Shown here in pieces: positions 1-10,104 of a stretch of DNA of 64,000 nt (position 1 is its first letter; every line of letters begins with the position of its first letter). Position numbers and translations under genes: made by a program. The notes below the pieces were generated by a model. It was not told the origin of the DNA. It did not search any database and saw nothing but the letters and a program-made list of their open reading frames with translations. Source of the DNA: Actinomycetes bacterium. GTDB lineage: Bacteria > Actinomycetota > Thermoleophilia > UBA2241. The stretch is from NCBI GenBank assembly GCA_029547745.1, contig JAKPOQ010000061.1, positions 18,399 to 82,398 of the forward strand, in the 5' to 3' direction.

Positions 1-226
1 CAACGCCGCGAGACCGAGCTCCAGCGACCGCAAGGCGGCCGGCTCCTCACTCGCCGAGGTTAGCAAGTCGACGGTGAAGAACACGGCCACGGCGAGCGCG
101 GCGCACGCGAGCACGGTGGACGATCTGCGGTGAAGGGCGTCGACACGCCGGTCGATCGCCGCGACACGCACAGCCAGGTAGAACGCGGCGAAGGCGACAG
201 CGACGATCATCGACTCGGCGAGCGCG
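1..226 (-). CDS. Partial small hydrophobic protein (N-terminal part only; the gene runs off the window start)
   Basis: Reverse-strand frame from ATG (rc at ~224-226) reads MIVAVAFAAFYLAVRVAAIDRRVDALHRRSSTVLACAALAVAVFFTVDLLTSASEEPAALRSLELGLAAL with no stop before position 1. Third positions are strongly GC-biased. There is no good SD and it is not in the ORF track because it has no stop. Confidence 0.25.
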
Positions 227-353
227 ATGGCACGACCTCCTGTAGAAGAGCCTCAAGTGCTCGGCCCCCGCAGGGTTCGACGCGAGAGCCCACGTCCCTG
301 TGCGCGCGGACCCCCGCGCCCGTAGGCTCAGCGGGAGTCCCGGCACCTGAGTC

Positions 354-1712
354 TCAGGCGGCGCCGTGCACTCGCCGCCGCTCGACGCTGTTGATCGGCA
401 ACTCCAGCAGGCGCGAGATGGCCGCCTTGGCCTCGGCGGGGCTCGGGTCGAACGGACGGGGAGCCTCCCCGTCCGCGATCCGCCCGAGCCCCAGGTCGCC
501 GCGGACCTCCTGCATCGCGGCGCAGTCGGAGAGATCGCCCTCAGCGACGCCGAGCCTGTCGGCGACGTAGGCCTTGGCTTCCGCGAGCCGCATACCTCTG
601 GCCATCTGCAGGCGCGCTACCAGATCTCCGGAAGCGCGCATGCCACCCATCCCTGCGGCGACACCGTGTGCCACGGGCATGCCGAAGATGTCTCCCGTCC
701 CGACCTACAGGCCGTCCAGACGCAGGACCTCGACGGTCGCCTTCGACACCCTCGAGACCGCATCGACGGGCGGCACCATGGCCATCGGCACGCCACCGAC
801 CCCCATCCCCACGTTCATGTGGACGGGGATGCGTGCGCCGGCCACGCACGGCTTCACGAGCGTCAGGGCGCGACTCGTGTTCCAGGCGAGACTGCGGCCG
901 GTGTTGACGTTGACCGCCGGCCCATAGATGGTCGCGCCGGCCTGTTGGACGAGCTCCTGCTGTCCCGCCGGCCACCGGCCGGCGACGCGCATGCCGTGGA
1001 ACTCGAGCTCGCCGTGAGTCCCGAGCACGCGCTCCGCCGCCATGCCGACCATGATCCCCATGTCTGGGTGGCGGGAGCGCAGTGTCTCGACTGCGCGCAA
1101 CGTCGCCAGCAGGTCGGCGTCGCCGGCGGCGCCGGCGGTGTCGAAGTTGACGCCGTCGGCGCCCGCCTCCCAGAGCGCCTCGGCGACGTGCACCATGTCC
1201 GCCGTCGCCAGCTCCATGGCCTCTTCCTGAGCCGTGCGCGCCTCGTCGATGCGCAGCTCGGGCAGGAGCGTCGACCAGTTGCGGCACGGCCCGTCGGGCT
1301 CAGAGTACCGTCCGAGATCGGGCTGCGCCCCGTAGTGCACCGGGATCGTCAGGCGCTCCTGGGCCTCCTTCATGGCCGCTTGCTCGTGCGGGACGAGCGT
1401 CTTCACGGCTTTGTACGAGTAGTCCTGGTGAAAGAGCTCCAGACTGTCCGAGGCCAGACACTGCTCGTAGAGCAGCAGGCCTGCGATACGGTCGAACTGC
1501 GCCGCCCCCGTGCCGTCGAAGCTCAGCATGACCTCGTCGCCGATGTCGACCGCGGTGAAGCGCGCCGGCGAGGCGAAGATGGCAAGGAGATGGTCGAGCT
1601 CATCCGCGGCGAGCGGATCGACCTTGGCCCGGCGGACGGCCTCGTCGACCCCGCCTTCGAGTTCCGTCCTGATCTCGGATCGCGTCAGCTCGATGAGGGA
1701 GCCGTCGGCCAT
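354..1712 (-). CDS. mtbB: Dimethylamine:corrinoid methyltransferase homolog (MtbB / Dimeth_PyL family) with an in-frame TAG at 705-707, presumed pyrrolysine read-through
   Basis: ORFs 705..1796 and 354..680 are in the same frame and separated only by TAG (rc of cta at 705-707) plus 8 codons (VGTGDIFG). The combined protein is ~452 aa. It carries motifs recalled from methanogen MtbB: GADGVNFDTAGAAGD, NVGMGVGGVP, AGMGG..SGDLVARLQMA, INSV. The paralog at 5035..6422 has TAG at the identical position. RBS GAGGA sits 9 nt before ATG 1710-1712. A start at the upstream GTG (VEPRIPTRM..) is also possible. Confidence 0.7.
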
Positions 1713-1921
1713 GCGCGTCGGGATCCTCGGTTCCACGTGCCCCCTTTCGGCCTGAGGGCCGGGCGAAGGGACCGCCGGCCCACCCTGCGTCCGCAAGCAT
1801 CGTAGTCACTGCGCCGCGGCGGGAGCAACGGCGGATTCTTGGACGAACGTCACACCGGGGGCGCACGAAGTTGGCGCGCCGCCGGTCGCGCCCTACTAGC
1901 TGGCGCGCCGCCGGCCGCGCC

Positions 1922-2731
1922 CTACTCGAGGAGCAGTCGGTCGACCGCGAAGGCCTCACCGGCGACCTTGTGGAACATGTCGATGAGGTCGCTCACCTGC
2001 AGGGCCTCCTTCTCGGTCGGGCCGAGATCCAGCACCACGCGGCCCTCGTGCATCATGATCAGCCGCTCGCCGTAGCGCAGCGCCAGCTCCATGTTGTGGG
2101 TCACCATGAGCGTCGTGAGGCCCCGCTCCGAGACCATCTTCGCGGTGAGGTCCATGATGGTCGCCGCGACCTTGGGATCGAGCGCCGCCGTATGCTCGTC
2201 CAGAAGGAGGATGCTCGGCTCGGACTCCGTCGCCATGAGCAACGACATCGCCTGCCGTTGACCCCCGGAGAGCTTGTTGACCTGGGCCTTGAGACGATGC
2301 TCGAGGCCCATGCCGAGAGGCTCCAGATGCGTACGCATGAACTCGCGGCGCCGGTTTGTGACGCCGAGACGCAAGCCGCTGCGACGTTCGCGCATGAACG
2401 AGATCGCCAGGTTCTCTTCGATCGTCATGCTGGGAGCGGTCCCCGCCGTAGGGTCCTGGAAGACGCGACCGATCAGACGACTGCGCTGGAACTCGCGTTG
2501 CCGAGTGACGTCTACACCGTCCAGCAGGACACAGCCCGAGCTCACCGGGTACATGCCCGCGATCGTGTTGAGGAGCGTCGACTTGCCGGACCCGTTCGAC
2601 CCGATGATGCTGACGAACTGGCCCACAGGAACTTCGAGGTCGATGCCGTTCAGGGCCACGACCTCGTTGGCGGTGCCCGGGAAAAAGACCTTGCGCACCG
2701 CCTGCAGTTCCAGACTGGCGGGCCGGCTCAT
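1922..2731 (-). CDS. ABC transporter ATP-binding protein (COG1101-type; partner of the COG4120 permease and COG2984 binding protein)
   Basis: Walker A GSNGSGKST, signature LSGGQRQ, Walker B LLLDEHTAALD. The true start MSRPASLELQAV is at 2731 and overlaps the permease stop by 4 nt. The gene ends with TAG (1922-1924). Confidence 0.8.
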   Translation of the reverse strand: MSRPASLELQAVRKVFFPGTANEVVALNGIDLEVPVGQFVSIIGSNGSGKSTLLNTIAGMYPVSSGCVLLDGVDVTRQREFQRSRLIGRVFQDPTAGTAPSMTIEENLAISFMRERRSGLRLGVTNRRREFMRTHLEPLGMGLEHRLKAQVNKLSGGQRQAMSLLMATESEPSILLLDEHTAALDPKVAATIMDLTAKMVSERGLTTLMVTHNMELALRYGERLIMMHEGRVVLDLGPTEKEALQVSDLIDMFHKVAGEAFAVDRLLLE

Positions 2732-3636
2732 ATACGCACCACCTTCTTGCGGACCGTCGGGATCGACAGCGCGATCACGACGAGGACGGCGGTGAGGAGC
2801 TTGAGGTCCGTGGGCGCGATGCCTAGCCGCAGGCTCACGGCGATGAGCAGCCGATACACGATCGAGCCGCCGATCACGCTGAACAGCACCCAACTCACGC
2901 TGCGCTCACCGAAGAGCACCTCGCCCATGATGACGCCGGCCAGGCCGGCGACGATGGTGCCGATTCCCATGCCGACGTCGGCGAACCCCTGCTGCTGAGC
3001 TACCAGGGCGCCGGTGAGGGCGACGAGGGCGTTGGCGATGCCGAGGCCGACGATGCGGGTGAAGGCCGTGTTGGTGCCCATGGCGCGGATCATCTGCTCG
3101 TTGTCGCCCGTGGCCCGTAGACAGAGTCCGAACTCCGTGCGCAGAAACCAGTCGATGACGTACTTCACGATCACGGCGAGCGCAACAAGGGCGATGATGA
3201 GGTTCCACCCGCTCATCGCGACGCCGAACAGATCCTCGATCTGCTCGAACACGCCGTCCAGGCCGAGGAGCGGCGTATTGCTCTTGCCCATCACCCGCAG
3301 GTTAACGGTGTACAGGCCGGTCATGGTGAGGATGCCGGCCAGAAGCTTGGCGCCGTAGTTGGCGGCGGCGCTGCCGCTCGACCCCAAGCCGAGCAGCAAG
3401 TGCAGGATGCCGGTGACGAAGCCGGCGCAGAGCCCCGCCGCCACACCGGCCAGGGTCGCCGTCCACGGAGACTGCCCGCCGGAGATCATCGCCGCCGTCA
3501 CCGCAGCCCCCAACGGGAGACTGCCGTCCACAGTCAGGTCGGGGAAGTCCAGCACGCGGAAGGTGATGTACACGCCCAGCACCATGAAGCAGTACAGGAG
3601 GCCCTGCTCCAATCCGCTCGTGATGATCGCTTCCAC
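2728..3636 (-). CDS. ABC transporter permease (COG4120-like, multi-pass membrane)
   Basis: 302 aa hydrophobic protein with ~8 predicted TM segments, translationally coupled to the downstream ATPase. Confidence 0.8.
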   Translation of the reverse strand: MEAIITSGLEQGLLYCFMVLGVYITFRVLDFPDLTVDGSLPLGAAVTAAMISGGQSPWTATLAGVAAGLCAGFVTGILHLLLGLGSSGSAAANYGAKLLAGILTMTGLYTVNLRVMGKSNTPLLGLDGVFEQIEDLFGVAMSGWNLIIALVALAVIVKYVIDWFLRTEFGLCLRATGDNEQMIRAMGTNTAFTRIVGLGIANALVALTGALVAQQQGFADVGMGIGTIVAGLAGVIMGEVLFGERSVSWVLFSVIGGSIVYRLLIAVSLRLGIAPTDLKLLTAVLVVIALSIPTVRKKVVRI

Positions 3637-3659
3637 GTCAGATGGCTCCGAACATCCGT

Positions 3660-3693
3660 GACAGAGGCAGGGGCTTCAGCCCCTGCCTCTGTC
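3660..3693. other. Intra-operon perfect stem-loop (15-bp arms, loop TTCA) between the binding-protein and permease genes
   Basis: GACAGAGGCAGGGGC-ttca-GCCCCTGCCTCTGTC. No U-tract follows on the transcribed (minus) strand. This is a typical mRNA-stabilising hairpin after a binding-protein cistron. Confidence 0.45.
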
Positions 3694-3737
3694 GGTCGAT
3701 TACACCACGCGCCGCTGGTCACCCGACGCGGCGCCGG

Positions 3738-4754
3738 TCACTCTCCGAAAATATTGTCCGCCTTCGCGAGGACGTCCTCGGGCAGGGTGACGCCCATGGC
3801 CTTCGCCGAAGCGGGGTTGACGGACAGTTGCAGGGACTCAGCGAACTGCACCGGGATCTCGGCGATCGGCGTGCCGCTGAGGATCTCCGCCGCGATGTAC
3901 CCCGCCTGCACGCCCAGGTCCTTATAGTCGAACGCGTACGCCGCTGCAGAACCGCGCTTCACGCTGTCGGTGTCTCCCGAGATGAGCGGGATGTCGTTCT
4001 GCTGGCACACCTTGACGACGCTCTCGAGCGCGGACACCACGGTGTTGTCGGTGAGCACGGAGATCGCATCGACGCGGCCGACCAGGGAGTCGGCAGCCGC
4101 CTTGACCTCGGAGGAGTTGCTTGCCGTGGCCTCGACGACCTTCAGCCCCATGGCCGCCGCGGCCTTCTTCTCCTGCTCGACGGAGAACACCGAGTTAGCC
4201 TCGCCCGCGTTGTACAGCACACCGATCGTCTTGACGTCCGGCACGATCTGTTTGATGAGATCCAGGTGCGGCTTGACCGGCAGCATGTCGCTCACGCCCG
4301 TGACGTTGGCGCCCGGCGCCTCGGGGTCGTCGACGAGACCGGCGCCGACCGGGTCCGTGACGGCGGTGAACACGATCGGGGTCGTAGTGACGGCCTTGGC
4401 GACCGCCTGCGACGTGGGCGTCGCCACGCCCAGGATGAGGTCGAGATCCTCGCTGGCGAAAGCCTGGGCGATGCTCGAGGCCGTCGCCATGTCGCCCTCA
4501 GCGTTCTTGACTTCGTAGGTGACGTTGGTGAAGCCCTTCTCGGCCAGACCCTGCTTGAAACCCTCCACGGACGCATCGAGGGCGGGATGCGTGACGATCT
4601 GGGTGATGCCGATGGTATAGGCCTGAGCCTGTGGACTCGCGGAAGCGTCGCCGCCGTCGCCCTCGTCCGAGCCACTGCAGGCGACGAGGGAGAGAGACAG
4701 GGCCAGGACGGCGGCCAGCGCAGACAACGCGGCCAGGGTACGTGCACGACGCAT
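3738..4754 (-). CDS. ABC transporter substrate-binding lipoprotein (COG2984 / ABC_sub_bind family)
   Basis: Signal peptide with lipobox (LSLSLVAC) starting at MRRARTLAAL, followed by a periplasmic binding-protein-like fold. It is followed by a 15-bp-arm stem-loop. Confidence 0.75.
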   Translation of the reverse strand: MRRARTLAALSALAAVLALSLSLVACSGSDEGDGGDASASPQAQAYTIGITQIVTHPALDASVEGFKQGLAEKGFTNVTYEVKNAEGDMATASSIAQAFASEDLDLILGVATPTSQAVAKAVTTTPIVFTAVTDPVGAGLVDDPEAPGANVTGVSDMLPVKPHLDLIKQIVPDVKTIGVLYNAGEANSVFSVEQEKKAAAAMGLKVVEATASNSSEVKAAADSLVGRVDAISVLTDNTVVSALESVVKVCQQNDIPLISGDTDSVKRGSAAAYAFDYKDLGVQAGYIAAEILSGTPIAEIPVQFAESLQLSVNPASAKAMGVTLPEDVLAKADNIFGE

Positions 4755-4928
4755 CGTTCTCCTTTCGCTGAGAGGGTGTGTCATTCTACGTACGCGCCCC
4801 GGAGCACACAAGCCGCCTCCTCATCATTATGCACGTCATCCGCGTAGACCGGCCCACGAGTGAGGCACGGAGCAGGCCTCGCGGACGAGTTGATGCCGGT
4901 CTGTCGCATCCTCGGTCATCCGCGCGCA

Positions 4929-4968
4929 GGTCGGGCGGGGCGCCGCCACCGCGGCGCCCCGCCCGACC
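4929..4968. other. Perfect 18-bp-arm stem-loop between mtbB2 and the ABC binding-protein gene
   Basis: GGTCGGGCGGGGCGCCGC-cacc-GCGGCGCCCCGCCCGACC, located ~65 nt downstream of the TAG that ends mtbB2. Confidence 0.45.
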
Positions 4969-5034
4969 GTTCCGTCTTCTCGCATCCGGGCTCGTCGGGG
5001 GCGGACCTCCCGCCCGCCGCCGGCCCGTGCATGA

Positions 5035-6422
5035 CTATCGTTGCAGACCGACGCGGTCCTTGAAGCGCGCGACCGAGTTGATCGGCACGTCGAGCAGCTC
5101 ACTGATGTTGAACTTCGCCTCGATCATGCCGGGCTCGGCAGGATGGACTGCCGAGGTGCAGGCCAGCGTGCCGAGGCCGTGGTCGACCCGGATGGTCTCC
5201 ATGGCCACCGGGTCGGACAGATCGCGCACGGAGCAGCCGAGCTTGTCGGCCACGTAACGCTTCGCTTCACCGAGACGCATCCTGCGGGCCATCTGCATCC
5301 GGGCGACCAGGTCTCCGGCCGTCCGGTAACCGCCCATGCCCGCGGCGTGTGCGTGCGCGCCCTCCATGCCCTGGGCGTCGCCGGTACCCGCCTAGTAGCC
5401 GTCGATGCGCAGGATCTCGACGAACGCCTTCGCCGCCCGCGAGGTGGCGTCGGCCGGCGGGTAGGCGCAGGTCGGCACCCCGCCGACGCCCATGCCCACA
5501 TTAACGTGGATGGGGATCTCGGCGATCTCCATGCAGGGCTTGATGATGGTGATCGCGCGGGCGATGTTCCAAGCGGTCGACTTGCCCGTGTTGATGTTGA
5601 CGCAGGGCCCGAAGATGCTCGCTCCGGCCTGCTGCACGAGCTCCAACTGGGCCTTCGGCCAGAGGCCAGCGAGGCGCGTGCCGCGATGCGTGACCTGGCC
5701 GTGCATGCCGATCACGAACTCGCCCGCCATGCCGATCTCGATGCCGAGGTCGGGGTACTTGGCACGCAGCCGCTCGCAGGCCTCGAGGGCGGCGAGGAAG
5801 TCGCAGTCGCCGGCCGCCCCGGTCGTGTCCATGTCGATGCCGTCGGCGCCGGCCGCGACGAGGTGGTCGGCGACGAACTCGATGTCGTCGACGAGCACCG
5901 CCGCGGCCTCTTCCTGCGAGCGGCGCGCCTCGTCGATCTTCCCCAGGGGGAGCAGCTCGGACCAGTTGGGGAACGGCCCGTCGGGGGCCGAGTAACGTCC
6001 CAGGTCGGGCATCGCCCCGTACTGCACCGGGTTCGTGACGAGCAGTTGGGCCATCTTCATCCACTGGGCTTCGTGGTGGACGTTCGTCTTGACGGCCTTG
6101 TAGGAGTAGTCGGTCTGCCAGAGTTCGACGATGTCGACGCCGACCACCTGCTCGTAGGTCTGCAGGTCGGCGCCGACGCTGCCCACATACTTGGTGCCGG
6201 TGCCGTCGTTGCTGAGCACGACCTCGTCGCCGATGTCGACGGCGGCGAAGCGCGCCGGCGAGGCGTAGATGTCGAGCAGATGGTCGAGCTCGTCTTGGGT
6301 GAGCTCCGCGACCTTCGCCTTCTTGGCCGCGATCTGCGTGCCCTCTTCGAGATCGGCCTTGATCTCGGAGCGCGTCATCTCGACGAGCGCGCCGTCACCC
6401 ATTCGCGTCGGGATCTTGGGTT
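5035..6422 (-). CDS. mtbB: Second dimethylamine methyltransferase homolog (MtbB family) with an in-frame TAG at 5392-5394, presumed pyrrolysine read-through; it also terminates with TAG
   Basis: ORFs 5392..6630 and 5035..5367 are in the same frame (6630-5367=1263) and separated by TAG (rc of cta at 5392-5394) plus 8 codons (AGTGDAQG). It is a paralog of 354..1712; the post-TAG octapeptide has conserved amino acids but differs at synonymous sites. RBS GGAGGTG lies before ATG 6420-6422 (MLLEPKIPTRMGDG..). The N-terminal extension in the ORF track (MSFAS..) is unlikely to be real. Confidence 0.7.
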
Positions 6423-6642
6423 CCAACAGCATCACCTCCAGCACGTCGTCGGGACCGGAGTCAGGACGGTAGCCTACCGTACCCGTCGTCACCGGCGCCA
6501 CCGGGTCTGCGGCAGCCCCAGCAGACGATACTGCGGCACCCTGGCGAGGCCCGCGCCTCGGGCTCTCTTGATGGTCCGCACAGTGCCAGCCAGCCGCACC
6601 CTGGCCGCGCCTCGTCGAGGCGAAGGACAAGGCACAGCCTGC

Positions 6643-6718
6643 TGGAGCCGGCGGGCGGGCTCGAACCGCCGACCTGCCGCTTACAAGGCGGCTGCTCTGC
6701 CAACTGAGCTACGCCGGC
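6643..6718 (-). tRNA. tRNA-Thr (anticodon UGU)
   Basis: The reverse complement folds as a canonical cloverleaf: acceptor GCCGGCG/CGCCGGC, D-arm GCTC-AGTTGGCA-GAGC, anticodon stem GCCGC/GCGGC with loop CTTGTAA, T-arm GGCGG-TTCGAGC-CCGCC, discriminator T, CCA encoded. Confidence 0.88.
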
Positions 6719-6733
6719 TCACGCCCGAGAAGT

Positions 6734-6775
6734 CTATCCGCTTTCCGCCCTTCGCTATCCGCTTTCCGTCCTTCG
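6734..6775. repeat. Tandem direct repeat 2 x 21 nt (CTATCCGCTTTCCG[C/T]CCTTCG) just upstream of the tRNA-Thr 5' end
   Basis: Two adjacent copies with a single mismatch. Confidence 0.7.
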
Positions 6776-7262
6776 CCGAACAGGAACACTGCGCCCGGCG
6801 GCCGCGGCATCATGTCCGCGGCGCCCATGTCCTTCGGGCCCGAGGGTGTGGCCCTGAACCGCTCCGCGCAGTGCGAGCCTGGTGTCTGGACCGGCAAGGA
6901 GATCCATCGGAAGAGAGAGTGGGTGGGAGCGGCCAGAGGGCCCGCGGGCGAAAGAGAGAGGCGCCCGGGGCTGGCAAGGGCCGCCTACTGCGGCCGGCCC
7001 CGGCCGCGGACATCGGTCCGCCCGGGGCCGGGGCGGACCAGAAGATAGGAGGCGCCGGCGCTGGACGCCGGCAGCGCGCTTCTTGGAGATGGGAAGCGTC
7101 CCAGACCGACCGTAGGACCGACGTGAGAGCACGACATCAGCGGAAGATCACGCCGTTTGAAGCGAGAGGAGCGTCGACCCTGCCCATGGTGATGCGGTCT
7201 GGTGAGCTTCGACTTCGATCTGGCGCCCCGTCACCCCGCCCACACGACCGCCCGAACGCGAA

Positions 7263-9389
<2,127 letters not shown>

Positions 9390-10088
9390 TCAGCGACCGA
9401 CCGCGCAGCCCTGACCGTGCAGGCACAGGTCGACCAGCTCCGCCGGCTCTTCCACCCAGTAGGCAGGCCCCGCTTCGAGCAGAGCCTCACGCGAGAAGAC
9501 GCCCCAGGCGACGGCGGCCGTGGTCACACCGGCCGCCCGACCGGCGCGGATGTCGACCGGACTGTCGCCGATGTAGATCGGCGCCGGCGAGCGGCCGGCG
9601 TCGCGCTCGTGCCCTGCTGCATCGGAGGGTGCCGCCCGGAGCCGCTTGAGACACAGCAAGATAGGCTCGGGAGCAGGTTTGTGCCGCTCGCTGTCGTCCG
9701 CCGTGACGACGACGTCGAACAGGTCGCGCAACCCGACGGCGGCGAAGGCCATCGCCGTCGTATCCCGGCTCTTCGACGTGACGATGCCCAGACGTCGGCC
9801 CGCGTCCCTGAGCACAGCGAGCGCTTCGGCGATGCCGTCGTACGACCGGATGAGCTCGTCATGCCGACGGTGGTTGTACTCGCGGTAGACGTTGTAGAGC
9901 TCCCCCGCCTTCTCCCTGGAAAGGCGCTCCATCTGGGTCATGAGCGGCTGCCCCACGCCGGCGGTGATGTACTCATCGGGAAGATCCTCGCCGAGCACGG
10001 TGCGTACGGCATGGCGGAACGACTGCACGATGAGCTCGACGGTGTCCACCACCGTTCCATCGAGGTCGAACAGGACCGGGTCGAAGCC
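9390..10088 (-). CDS. HAD-IA family hydrolase (phosphoglycolate phosphatase / PpaX-like)
   Basis: Motif I FDLDGTVVDT, motif II VTSK, C-terminal GDSPVDI. The start was moved to the GTG (VRGFDPVLFDLDGT) to avoid overlap with surE. Confidence 0.7.
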   Translation of the reverse strand, partial: GFDPVLFDLDGTVVDTVELIVQSFRHAVRTVLGEDLPDEYITAGVGQPLMTQMERLSREKAGELYNVYREYNHRRHDELIRSYDGIAEALAVLRDAGRRLGIVTSKSRDTTAMAFAAVGLRDLFDVVVTADDSERHKPAPEPILLCLKRLRAAPSDAAGHERDAGRSPAPIYIGDSPVDIRAGRAAGVTTAAVAWGVFSREALLEAGPAYWVEEPAELVDLCLHGQGCAVGR

Positions 10089-10104
10089 GCGCACCGCCGC
10101 CCCG

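Noticed and set aside
6881-6905. SRP (4.5S) RNA-like motif
   Set aside because: It is only a ~15/18 match to the GTCAGGTCCGGAAGGAAG core, the flanking helix could not be built by eye, and it is kept only as a note inside the intergenic-region finding.
7195-7262. TTCGACTTCG motif reminiscent of the tmRNA 5' end
   Set aside because: It would overlap the ligA 3' end, and no tRNA-like 3' terminus (..CCA with a T-arm) or tag-peptide reading frame is present.
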